The position numbers and the translations under genes are program-made. A stretch of DNA of 64,000 nucleotides from Pseudomonadota bacterium (GTDB taxonomy: Bacteria > Campylobacterota > Campylobacteria > Campylobacterales > Sulfurimonadaceae): contig JAZDQA010000013.1 in NCBI GenBank assembly GCA_043797085.1, forward strand, positions 1 through 64,000, in the 5' to 3' direction. Each line of letters opens with the position of its first letter. Position 1 is the stretch's first letter. Of this stretch, positions 47,257 to 56,554 are shown piece after piece. Below the pieces are notes generated by a model that did not search any database, was not told the origin of the DNA, and worked only from the letters and a program-made list of their open reading frames with translations.

Positions 47257-49158
47257 TTACGTAAACTCTATGGGGTCCATATCGATTTCACATAAGGGTG
47301 ATTTGATGAACTTAATCGAACGGATAAGCTCCGTGCTTTTATCACTGCGAAGCAAGATTTGAAATCGATATTTGTCCGCAATTTTTTCAATGGGAGAAGC
47401 CCCAAAACCTACAATCTCGATGGTGGGCACTGTTTTCAAAATCTCGACCACTTTTTCCATTTCACTTTTTGCTTTTATTCCATTTTTATGGGCGAACAAC
47501 AATCGTGCTAATTTCTTGTGCGGAGGATACCGCCCTTCTCGGATTTTAAGCTCATCTTTTAAAAACATCTCATAATCATCCAAATATTGAGAAAAAAATG
47601 ACTCGTTAAAACTTTGTACAATAACAGTAGAGTCATTCTTTCTCCCGCTGCGTCCTGCGATTTGGACAAGGAGTGACAATGCTTTTTCCCTCGAGCGATA
47701 ATCGGCTTGTCCCAACAAATTATCAATCCCCATTACAACTGCCAGTGCAATATCATGATAATCATGCCCTTTTGAGAGCATCTGCGTCCCTACGAGCAGA
47801 TCTATCTCACGATTATTAAACGCTTTGAGCACTTTGGTGAGTTTGTTTTGCGTTGTAATCACATCACGATCAAACTGCTGTATTTTCAGCTCACCCAAAT
47901 TTTTCTCAAAATGCTCCACCGCTTCCGCCGTCCCCAACCGTGTCGTACTTAAATGACCGCTTTGGCATTTTGGACATACTCGTGGCAATACTTCCGTATA
48001 GTTACAATAATGGCATTTCAAGGCACGTGCATTACGGTGCAAAGACATCCCGACACTGCAAAACGGACATTCGATCACATACCCGCAACCATCACACACC
48101 ATCGTTTTAAAATTCGCACGCGTAGGGATAAAAACAATCCCCTGATGACCTGCCGTAAAATTTGAAACAATATGTTCATCCAAAAATAGAGTCAATGCCT
48201 CGATGGAGGGCTCATAAACAAAAGAACGCTTGGAAGTATAATAACCACCGCGTAAACGATAAAAAGGATATTTAGCGTAACTGCCCAAACTCGGCGTTGC
48301 ACTCCCTAACACTACAGGAATTTTTAGATTTGACCCTATGTAAATCGCCATATCTCGTGCATTGTAACGGGGACGTGAGGAAGATTTATAACTCTCATCA
48401 TGCTCTTCATCCACCACGATCAATCCTAAATCAACAATAGGTAAAAACAAAGCTGACCGTGGACCTGCGATAATTTTAGCTGAACCGTCATGGATTTTTT
48501 CCAACGTCACCTTTTTTTGTTTTGGGGTCATTTTAGAGTGCCAAAGCACAAACGACTCTCCGAAATGGTGCTTAAAACGCAGTTCCATTTGAGGAGTGAG
48601 GGAGATTTCAGGGAGAAGTAATAAAGCTCTTTTTCCTTCATTTAACACTTCATCCATACGTTTCATATAGATTTCGCTTTTACCGGCACCTGTGTCACCG
48701 AAAAGTAGAGAGACAGGATGAGAACGGATGAAATTGAGGGCTTTAGTTTGCAATTCTGAGAGGGTGATGTTAACAAAATTATAAGAGCACGTAAGCGTGC
48801 GTGGGCACTCTGCCGAAGAGAACTCAGCGTTAGCGTAGGCGAGCAGGACTTGTTCTGTCGCCGTATTAATATAATGAAACGGCACAAACAAATTCAATGC
48901 CTCCCCAACCGAACACCCATAATACTCTGCCATAAACTGAGCCGTTTTGATTTGAGATTCAGAATAAACAAACGGTAAAATTTCCAAAATAGAATTGGTT
49001 TTAAACTCAGGTTTTTCTACTTCTGAAAGGACAACAGCTTCTGTTTCTCGATTGCTAAGAGTAAGAGAAACTTTCAGACCAATTGGGAGAGAAATATCAG
49101 AATGATAGGTAAGAGGTTCAAGAGGAGAGCCCAAAAGGGCTAAGGAATAATAATACAC
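47257..49158 (-). CDS. priA: Primosomal protein N' carrying an in-frame repeat insertion
   Basis: [27 protein letters not shown], four CxxC motifs, GTQM, GRSGR. Confidence 0.96.
   Translation of the reverse strand: MYYYSLALLGSPLEPLTYHSDISLPIGLKVSLTLSNRETEAVVLSEVEKPEFKTNSILEILPFVYSESQIKTAQFMAEYYGCSVGEALNLFVPFHYINTATEQVLLAYANAEFSSAECPRTLTCSYNFVNITLSELQTKALNFIRSHPVSLLFGDTGAGKSEIYMKRMDEVLNEGKRALLLLPEISLTPQMELRFKHHFGESFVLWHSKMTPKQKKVTLEKIHDGSAKIIAGPRSALFLPIVDLGLIVVDEEHDESYKSSSRPRYNARDMAIYIGSNLKIPVVLGSATPSLGSYAKYPFYRLRGGYYTSKRSFVYEPSIEALTLFLDEHIVSNFTAGHQGIVFIPTRANFKTMVCDGCGYVIECPFCSVGMSLHRNARALKCHYCNYTEVLPRVCPKCQSGHLSTTRLGTAEAVEHFEKNLGELKIQQFDRDVITTQNKLTKVLKAFNNREIDLLVGTQMLSKGHDYHDIALAVVMGIDNLLGQADYRSREKALSLLVQIAGRSGRKNDSTVIVQSFNESFFSQYLDDYEMFLKDELKIREGRYPPHKKLARLLFAHKNGIKAKSEMEKVVEILKTVPTIEIVGFGASPIEKIADKYRFQILLRSDKSTELIRSIKFIKSPLCEIDMDPIEFT
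48783..48864 (-). repeat. Dispersed three-hairpin REP-like element, subtype 1 (copy J), inside priA
   Basis: Reverse complement AC-GGCGACAGAACAAGTCCTGCTCGCC-TACGCT-AACGCTGAGTTCTCTTCGGCAGAGTGCCCACGCACGCTTACGTGC; aligns with copies D and H. Confidence 0.9.
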
Positions 49159-49169
49159 TTTCTTTATAA

Positions 49170-49661
49170 TTAGTTAATCAATAATTTACATTGAGTCCCA
49201 TAAGTACCATCTGTAGTATCACATGTAAATCTACCAGTAGCAGGAGTATAGGTAAATGTAGTATTAACATTATTGATTTTATAGATATATGTCCAACCAG
49301 CTGTCGCACTACCCCCTACGGAGTTGTCCCATTTTCCATTTGTATCATCTTGGGTAGTAATACCATATTGTAACAACGTCCCATTCGTAGCATTAGTATC
49401 ATTATCATCAAATAGAACAGTGGTTGTACCACTAACATTTAATCGACTAATATAATTCGACTGACCTTGCATCAAACGCCCCTGACGCTCACTGATAATC
49501 GCTGCACGAATTGCTGAAATATCACTGCGGCCTTTGGCTATTTGCGCATCGTCACGAGTCGATGAAAGTTTTGGAATCGCTATTGCTGCTAGAATTCCTA
49601 ATACTACGATGACAAAGACAAGTTCGATCATTGTGAACGCTTTTCGTTTATAATACGACAT
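49170..49661 (-). CDS. Type IV pilin-like / pseudopilin
   Basis: KRKA|FTMIELVFVIVVLGILAAIAIP class III signal; C-terminal Cys pair. Confidence 0.92.
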   Translation of the reverse strand: MSYYKRKAFTMIELVFVIVVLGILAAIAIPKLSSTRDDAQIAKGRSDISAIRAAIISERQGRLMQGQSNYISRLNVSGTTTVLFDDNDTNATNGTLLQYGITTQDDTNGKWDNSVGGSATAGWTYIYKINNVNTTFTYTPATGRFTCDTTDGTYGTQCKLLIN

Positions 49662-50106
49662 TTGTGCCTCTTAAAATCATAGGATAGATGGATGTATCAA
49701 TCAATTGCTGTAATTTTAAACACTCGCTATCACTACCAGCAGACCCTTGTGTAATAGTGAGGGTATCGGTACCGCCAACGGTCACTATTTGAATACTTAT
49801 ACAGCTCGAAATAGCCCCAAATGGAACGGTCACTTTATGCAAACTCGAATCATTGGTCGCACTTGCTGTCTCCACGAGTGCTTTCATACCATTCGACATT
49901 TGAGTCAAATCGCCGAGTACAGTTCCATTAGCCGTCGCATATGCCGCAATTTCACTCGCACCACTCGTAATATTTTGTGCTGTCCCACTAGCTACTGCAT
50001 CATCACGCGTTGCAGCCAATCTTGGTATTGCGACAGCAGCCAAAATACCTAAAATAACAATGACAAAAACCAACTCAATCATTGTAAAAGCAGTTCGTTT
50101 CATCAT
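49648..50106 (-). CDS. Type IV pilin-like / pseudopilin
   Basis: KRTA|FTMIELVFVIVILGILAAVAIP; Cys pair. Confidence 0.92.
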   Translation of the reverse strand: MMKRTAFTMIELVFVIVILGILAAVAIPRLAATRDDAVASGTAQNITSGASEIAAYATANGTVLGDLTQMSNGMKALVETASATNDSSLHKVTVPFGAISSCISIQIVTVGGTDTLTITQGSAGSDSECLKLQQLIDTSIYPMILRGTNVVL

Positions 50107-50174
50107 TTCATCCTATTGCGCTGAATTTTACGATTGAGCTACAATCACCAAAAATCAATTCAAGAGTTAACTAT

Positions 50175-50198
50175 GCTCCCAAGCCAAAACTTGGGAAC
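50175..50198 (-). terminator. Hairpin downstream of the first pilin gene
   Basis: Minus strand GTTCCCAAG-ttttgg-CTTGGGAGC; no strong U tract. Confidence 0.5.
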
Positions 50199-50216
50199 TC
50201 GTAAAATAACAATGAT

Positions 50217-50594
50217 TTAGTACGTTACGCCTGAGCCACCAAAGTTTTTATTTCCGATATTGCCAGCTTTAGACGCAATACTATGAGCTCCAGCACATGC
50301 AGGTACAGCTGTACTTGCAGTGGCAATAGTTACACCACTACCTGATGCTGTCATAGTGAAACAACCATCTGTAGCAAGAGTTACATTGGTTACAGATGCA
50401 GATGAATCAAGAATTCCTTTTGCTGTATAATAAGACCCTACATCACCAATAATTGTTGCCAAATCAGTCGCTGCTTTTGATGCTTTTGCATCATCACGCG
50501 TTGCTGCAAGTTTTGGAATAGCAACTGCCGCCAAAATACCTAGAATAACGATAACAAAGATCAATTCGATCATAGTAAAACCTGAACGTTTCAT
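50217..50594 (-). CDS. Probable major type IV pilin
   Basis: MKRSG|FTMIEL, strong AAGGAG RBS, Ala/Ser/Thr-rich, Cys pair, downstream hairpin. Confidence 0.9.
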   Translation of the reverse strand: MKRSGFTMIELIFVIVILGILAAVAIPKLAATRDDAKASKAATDLATIIGDVGSYYTAKGILDSSASVTNVTLATDGCFTMTASGSGVTIATASTAVPACAGAHSIASKAGNIGNKNFGGSGVTY

Positions 50595-50676
50595 GGCTTA
50601 CTCCTTCATAGGTAGAAAAAAGTAGTTACACTCGTAACTCTAGTGATATTATTTATCATAATACATTAAGTATAGC

Positions 50677-52488
50677 TTAAGAATAAGTTTTATAAAGATA
50701 AATCGTCCAGTAACTCTCTTTTGATGTGAATATTTTAAGAAGGATCAAATGACTTTCTTTCTCATTCATAATTTTATATCCTGATAGTAAATATCTACCC
50801 CCCATCTGATAAAAAAGGGGCAAATCCATATAAAAATACTCTATCGCCTCATCTTGGTGGTATTCATCTGCATCGTAGTTTCCTCCTATGAGGTAACATT
50901 TACTTCCCCAATTTTGAATAAAGCGGCGACTATTAGGATTGTGGATAAAGTTTTCCCCTACCAACGCTTCAAACTGATGCTTATAGGAGAGTGGATAATT
51001 CGCGGCATATCCATCGAGGGTATACAATCCATTATACAGTGCCACGGCAGGGGGTATCCCGACACTGGCTACACGGTATGCCGTAGGATTCTCACCAATC
51101 ATCAGTTTAATCTCATCAAAAAGTTTTTCATCGTAAAAACTTTTGTAGGTCAGACCCTTGGGATTTTGAGTGAACTGTGCCGAATCAAAGGCAAAATTTA
51201 ATTGAGCGATGACAACAATGATGACAATCACGATTCCAAACCGTATTTTTTGGATAATAATAACCGATGAATAGGCTACTAAGGCATACCATACAGGGGT
51301 GAGCAACAATACAAATCGTGAAAAATCAAATGTTTGCAAGAGAGGAACATGTTGTGAAAAATTACACCACGGCTCATAATACCAAAAACCATACCATAAA
51401 GAGCTAATAAGTACAAATAGCCATACCCCATAAAGAATCCGATGCTCTTTGAATCGAAATAACAACCAAAGGATAATTCCAAAAGAGAAAGGAAAATAGT
51501 ATTTTGACATCAATACACTTTCCCATAGACCCGCAAAAAGTAATGCAGTATACAAAACGATACTAAAAACTGAAGCTTTCATTGCCAACCGTTGTCGCAG
51601 TAATGCTATGAAAAATCCCAAATGGATGATGGAGAGAAGATAAGGGAATTGAAGATTTAACGAATGAACTTGTCCGAATAAAAGAACATTATGGGCTCCG
51701 CGATATGCACCCCAAAAATCAACATATTGACGCTGAAACTCCGTTCGATGGGAAATAAAATCACTTCCAAAGAGCATTTCATTCACCAGTCGGTATTCAA
51801 TTCCTAAAAAAATGATCGTCATCAACCCCAGTGCCGTAAACAATCGATGATTAATCTTTTTTTGAAAAATCATCTCAGCTAAAAATAAAACCGTAACAGA
51901 GATGAGAAAGAAAAGATAGACCAATACAAAACTGCTAAAAAATGGTATCACGATCAGCATGAGCCAATCTCTCTTCGTGTCCGAATGCACTCGGATTTTC
52001 AACAGTACATAAAGAGATGACGGGAGTAATGCGACACCCAGTCCCGTAGCAGGAAAAAATGGGGTGAGGGCAAATAAAAGTGAGCTTAGATGGGTAATCA
52101 CCGGCTTAAAATCGACCTCTTTATCCCGCAAGAAGTATCGTAAAAAAAGCAGCATACTCACATAAGCAACACAATGGATCAATACTTCGTTCATGAGCAT
52201 GGCGGTAAAAGGTTTAAAAAAGACAAAAAGCCAAAGGAGATAATTGAACTCACTCCCATAAACCAATCGAGGTAAGCCCCCCATCATGTTGGGGATTATC
52301 TCCATCGAACCTGCGAAAATCATCCCACTGTGCGCTAAAATCTTCAAGGAGGGGACGGTAATATCCAGATTATCATGAATACGAATGTAAAGATTCTCGC
52401 CGTACAATAAAAGTGGCAAAAGATACAATACCAGTGTCGCAAAACTGATAAAAAACCAAAATCCGTTACGCTCTATAAGGGTTCTCAT
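50677..52488 (-). CDS. DUF6044/YkoS-like polytopic membrane protein (putative GT-C transferase), paralog 2
   Basis: YIRIHDNLD, IPNMMGGLPR, SHRTEF, YNGLYTLDGY..NYPLSYK, WGSKCY, GGRYL. Confidence 0.8.
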   Translation of the reverse strand: MRTLIERNGFWFFISFATLVLYLLPLLLYGENLYIRIHDNLDITVPSLKILAHSGMIFAGSMEIIPNMMGGLPRLVYGSEFNYLLWLFVFFKPFTAMLMNEVLIHCVAYVSMLLFLRYFLRDKEVDFKPVITHLSSLLFALTPFFPATGLGVALLPSSLYVLLKIRVHSDTKRDWLMLIVIPFFSSFVLVYLFFLISVTVLFLAEMIFQKKINHRLFTALGLMTIIFLGIEYRLVNEMLFGSDFISHRTEFQRQYVDFWGAYRGAHNVLLFGQVHSLNLQFPYLLSIIHLGFFIALLRQRLAMKASVFSIVLYTALLFAGLWESVLMSKYYFPFSFGIILWLLFRFKEHRILYGVWLFVLISSLWYGFWYYEPWCNFSQHVPLLQTFDFSRFVLLLTPVWYALVAYSSVIIIQKIRFGIVIVIIVVIAQLNFAFDSAQFTQNPKGLTYKSFYDEKLFDEIKLMIGENPTAYRVASVGIPPAVALYNGLYTLDGYAANYPLSYKHQFEALVGENFIHNPNSRRFIQNWGSKCYLIGGNYDADEYHQDEAIEYFYMDLPLFYQMGGRYLLSGYKIMNEKESHLILLKIFTSKESYWTIYLYKTYS

Positions 52489-54356
52489 TTTTTGGTAAGA
52501 TCAACCCGATACAAATACATCGTCCAAAAGGTATTCTTATCTCTAAACTCTTGTATAAAGACCAAATTCTTCAATTGAGACTCTTCAATCTTATGAGCTG
52601 AAATGAGATAACGTCCTCCCATTGCATAGTAGGCTTCCATGTTAAGGTTTAACTTTTTCACCTTCTCCTTGGAACGAAAATAAAGGCTGGATTCCCCTCC
52701 ATCAAAAAGATAACATTTACTTCCCCATCCTAAAAACAGGTCACGATTCCCTTTATCCGTAGCAAGCGTTTTTTCAATAATTTTGTAAAACTGATGCTTA
52801 TATTCGAGAGGATAACTCGTGATGTACCCGTCAATCGTATACAAACCGTTATAGACTGCAATGGATGGCTCAAACCCTATACATCCAACACGGTGGGAAG
52901 CATCAGAGGGGATCGTATGTTTGATCTTGGCAAAAAGATCTTCAGCAAAATAGGCTCTGTAAGTAAAGGGTGAATTGGGTGCTGAAAATTCCCTAGAATT
53001 CAAGCTCATATAAAGCTGTATTAGAATAACTCCCGCAAAAATCAATGGTGAAAATCGAATTTTTCGGGCAATAATCACCATCCCAAGAGCAGTAATAAGC
53101 ATCCAAATCACAGGCTGCAGTAAAGCAATGCGCGCGAAGTTAAATTCTCTTAAAATTGAAAAGGAGTGCGATAGCTCTCTTGTTCCTTCGTAAAACCACA
53201 ACGCATACCAATAAGCAAAAAATATTTGGAGTAAAATGGCTCCAAAAAAAAGCCTATACTGTTTTTTTAGTATCATTATTACAATCGTTATAATCGTTAG
53301 AAAAGGGATTGCATATTTGTTTCCAGTGATATATTGTACATAATCTGAAAAAGATACCCACACGAAAAATAGGCTAATAATAACTAAAGAGATAGACCAA
53401 GATAGACGTTTCTTTAAAAAAGTAGTACAGATAACTAAAAGCATAAAAGGAATAAGGATAACAGAAGCTCGCGTATCCATATCTATCGTCCCATTCAGAA
53501 AAACTTGATGTGCTGATCGGTACATTTCAAATAATGAACTATCCTGAAACATACTAAATTCTTTTCGATGGGAAACAAAGAGATGCTCAACAAAGGTATC
53601 ATAAAATAACCGATATTCGACAACGATAAATGCCAAAGACATAACGGTAAGAGATAATAAAAAATACCAATTAATTTGACGTTTTTTCAAAATATCCATA
53701 AGTAATAGAGCACTCATCACTAAAAGAAAAAAGAAATAAACGAGTATTAAACTGCTGTAAAATGGTATCAAAGCGATAATAAGCCAATCATACCATCTCC
53801 ATCCACCGCTGCGAATATTTAAAAAAGCGTACAGCGCCAAGGGAATAGAGGGGACACTCAACCCTGCCCCCGTATAAAATGGCAATAGGGCAAACATCAA
53901 AGAAGCACTGTGAATAATCAACAATCGGTATCGATGACGAGAAGGGACAAAATAACGACTTAGCAACACAAACATACTGAAAAAAGCCCCAAAGTGTATC
54001 AATGTTTCATTGATTGTAAAAGCGACGAAAGGGGTAAAGAAGTAAAATAACCAAACATATACATTGAATTCTGTTCCATAAACAAGTCTCGGCAGTCCCC
54101 CCATCATATTGGGAATAATCGTATCTGATGGTGCAAAGATGAATCCATTTGATGTCAATATTTTTAAACCAGGAAATACAATATCAAGATTGTCAAAAAT
54201 CTGAACCTGTGCCCCCTGTCCGTAAAAGTAGAGGGGAAAGAGATAAAGCTCAACCGCCAATATGGAAACTAAAAAAAGAAACCGTTGGTTGTTAAGTAAA
54301 TTTTTGTAGATATAGTCACTAACTCTCTTAATCAAAATTGATCCTCTCTTTTTCAA
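52485..54356 (-). CDS. DUF6044/YkoS-like polytopic membrane protein (putative GT-C transferase), paralog 1; start approximate
   Basis: QIFDNLD, IPNMMGGLPR, SHRKEF, YNGLYTIDGY..SYPLEYK, WGSKCY, GGRYL. Confidence 0.8.
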   Translation of the reverse strand: MKKRGSILIKRVSDYIYKNLLNNQRFLFLVSILAVELYLFPLYFYGQGAQVQIFDNLDIVFPGLKILTSNGFIFAPSDTIIPNMMGGLPRLVYGTEFNVYVWLFYFFTPFVAFTINETLIHFGAFFSMFVLLSRYFVPSRHRYRLLIIHSASLMFALLPFYTGAGLSVPSIPLALYAFLNIRSGGWRWYDWLIIALIPFYSSLILVYFFFLLVMSALLLMDILKKRQINWYFLLSLTVMSLAFIVVEYRLFYDTFVEHLFVSHRKEFSMFQDSSLFEMYRSAHQVFLNGTIDMDTRASVILIPFMLLVICTTFLKKRLSWSISLVIISLFFVWVSFSDYVQYITGNKYAIPFLTIITIVIMILKKQYRLFFGAILLQIFFAYWYALWFYEGTRELSHSFSILREFNFARIALLQPVIWMLITALGMVIIARKIRFSPLIFAGVILIQLYMSLNSREFSAPNSPFTYRAYFAEDLFAKIKHTIPSDASHRVGCIGFEPSIAVYNGLYTIDGYITSYPLEYKHQFYKIIEKTLATDKGNRDLFLGWGSKCYLFDGGESSLYFRSKEKVKKLNLNMEAYYAMGGRYLISAHKIEESQLKNLVFIQEFRDKNTFWTMYLYRVDLTKK

Positions 54357-55263
54357 AAACTAATGGTCGGTTGAGCACCTGCGTATAAATCATCCCGATG
54401 TATTCCCCCAATATTCCGATAAAAAATAAGAGAACAGAAAACGCGAAAGTTGCCCCAATCAACAACGGAGCCACTCCCAATGACATTGAATCCCAATAGA
54501 TAAGCTTCATTATCAAATATCCACATCCTGTTATAATACTCAACACGGCAATAATTGCGCCCAAAAAAATGGCTAAACGAAGAGGAATCTTAGAATAATT
54601 CAAAATACCTAATACGCCAACATCGTACAGGGTATAAAAGTTGTTTTTTGTCACTCCCCTCAATCGTATCAGCTGATCGTACTGAATCGTATCAACCGAG
54701 TACCCCACTTCACTGATCATCCCTCGCAAAAAAGGGTAGGGATCATCAATCGATTTGAGTGCATTAACCACTTTGCGATCATATAACCCAAATCCAGTAA
54801 AGTTTTTATAGATTTTTACTTCGGATAGTTTTTGTAAAAGTGCATAGTACAACTCACGAATTTTATACATCACCTTGTGTTCTTGAGAACTTTTACGTAT
54901 TGCTAAAACCATGTCCGCCCCCGCTTCCCATTTATGAATAAGCTCAGAGATGAGTTCCGGCGGATCTTGCAAATCTGAAACCATAGAGATAACGGCATCA
55001 CCTGTGGCTTGAAAAAGTCCATAAGCAGGGGATTTTATATGACCGAAATTTCTGGAGTTCACAATGATTTTTATCCGCTTATCTTCTAGAGCAAGCTCTT
55101 TTAAAATAGCTACTGTATTGTCTGTCGAGGCATTGTCTATCAATAAATGCTCATATTCATAATGTGAAAACTGCCCATCCATCACTGCACGAATCCGTTC
55201 AATCAACTCGCGTACATTCCCTTCTTCGTTAAAGCACGGCGTCATAATGCTAATTTTTTTCAT
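54328..55263 (-). CDS. GtrB-like polyprenyl-phosphate glycosyltransferase (GT2)
   Basis: PCFNEE, DNASTD, SRNFG, DLQDPPE, two C-terminal TMs, GEYIG...RP. Confidence 0.9.
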   Translation of the reverse strand: MKKISIMTPCFNEEGNVRELIERIRAVMDGQFSHYEYEHLLIDNASTDNTVAILKELALEDKRIKIIVNSRNFGHIKSPAYGLFQATGDAVISMVSDLQDPPELISELIHKWEAGADMVLAIRKSSQEHKVMYKIRELYYALLQKLSEVKIYKNFTGFGLYDRKVVNALKSIDDPYPFLRGMISEVGYSVDTIQYDQLIRLRGVTKNNFYTLYDVGVLGILNYSKIPLRLAIFLGAIIAVLSIITGCGYLIMKLIYWDSMSLGVAPLLIGATFAFSVLLFFIGILGEYIGMIYTQVLNRPLVFEKERINFD

Positions 55264-55265
55264 CT

Positions 55266-55646
55266 TTACCCTTTAAATACAAATCGTTTATTGAGTACAA
55301 AGGACACCAATGCCATTGGGATAATCAAGAGTGCCCCTGCAACATAAATATCGATTGAGATTTTTTCCAAAAGATACAATCCAATAATATTCAGCAGATA
55401 GATAATTCCATACACACCAAAAAATTTCCAAATCAAAGTGTTGTCATATGACCTAAAAACCAGCTTACCTGTCGTTTTGAAATTAAATAATACACCGATT
55501 ATTGTTCCAATAAAAACTGCCACGGTATAGTGTAGCCCTGTATAAATCAACACTGCAAACAGTGAATACCCAAAAAGTGTATTCAGTCCACCTACCAGTA
55601 AAAATTTAAAAATCTGTTTTTGCCACAATTTTTTTATTGTTTCCAT
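55266..55646 (-). CDS. GtrA-family flippase
   Basis: KFLLVGGLNT, four TMs, FVLNKRFVF. Confidence 0.92.
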   Translation of the reverse strand: METIKKLWQKQIFKFLLVGGLNTLFGYSLFAVLIYTGLHYTVAVFIGTIIGVLFNFKTTGKLVFRSYDNTLIWKFFGVYGIIYLLNIIGLYLLEKISIDIYVAGALLIIPMALVSFVLNKRFVFKG

Positions 55647-56554
55647 ATTGTATCAATTGCGTGCAAATAAGGGTCGTTTTTAATCATTTCAACATCCAAA
55701 ATAGATAACTGTGATTGAAAATAGTGCCTCATTTTCCGTATTGCCTCAGCATGAGAGGTAAACTCAAAAGCTCCCATTTCGTTTACAATTTTTTGATTAT
55801 TAGCAGTATATTCATTATTCAATCCATCGTTAATGACTATAATCTCAGATTGGTAATCGCTGATACTATTGATATGGTGTGCCAACGTTATCAAATCTAT
55901 TTTTGTACCTTTTGATGTATTATAAATTTTTTCTTTCATCTCGTGATGTATGACATAGTTAATCATGTGCAACAAATCATTGATATAAATATAATCAAAA
56001 TAGACATTTTTATTAATCGTGATGGGTAAATGCAAGAGATTCTTCACAATGGCATTGGAAATAAATTTAAATCGATAATTCTCATACTTACCGTACGCTC
56101 CAAAAATCCTTAGCTGTACCATACGGTCTGATTTTTCTATAATATGAGACGTAATCGATTTGTAAAAACCATATTCATCTAATGGAAAAGAATTGAGATA
56201 GTCTTCTTCTCTAGCATCAACAATCGGCTTATGTTTTCCGTATTCTGCCCCGCTTCCAAAACTAATAATTTTTTGAACGTTTTTTTCGTACTTGGTAATA
56301 TTAAAAAAAACTCGTAAATTATATTCAGTACTATTTTTCATATCCATCGTATCGCGACCACCACCACGGTTGGCTGTATGGATAATAATATCAACCGTAT
56401 GATGCAACATATACTCATCCACAGCGCATTCATCAACCAAATCAAGCTCATTGTGTGAAGGAGTAAGCAAGATATACTGCGGGTATTCTTTTTGCAAATA
56501 TTCTTTTAAATGGGAGCCAATAAAACCATTAGCACCGGTAATAAAAATAGTCAT
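55634..56554 (-). CDS. NAD-dependent epimerase/reductase (YerF-like)
   Basis: TGANGFIG, GSGAEY, YGFYK. Confidence 0.85.
   Translation of the reverse strand: MTIFITGANGFIGSHLKEYLQKEYPQYILLTPSHNELDLVDECAVDEYMLHHTVDIIIHTANRGGGRDTMDMKNSTEYNLRVFFNITKYEKNVQKIISFGSGAEYGKHKPIVDAREEDYLNSFPLDEYGFYKSITSHIIEKSDRMVQLRIFGAYGKYENYRFKFISNAIVKNLLHLPITINKNVYFDYIYINDLLHMINYVIHHEMKEKIYNTSKGTKIDLITLAHHINSISDYQSEIIVINDGLNNEYTANNQKIVNEMGAFEFTSHAEAIRKMRHYFQSQLSILDVEMIKNDPYLHAIDTIWKQ

Noticed and set aside
7184..48864. CRISPR array interpretation of the recurring hairpin sequence
   Set aside because: Copies are dispersed singly, diverge in sequence, have no regular spacers, and no cas genes are present.
54328..55646. 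Prophage serotype-conversion gtr cassette
   Set aside because: No integrase, att site, tRNA or phage genes nearby; gtrAB are continuous with the sugar operon.
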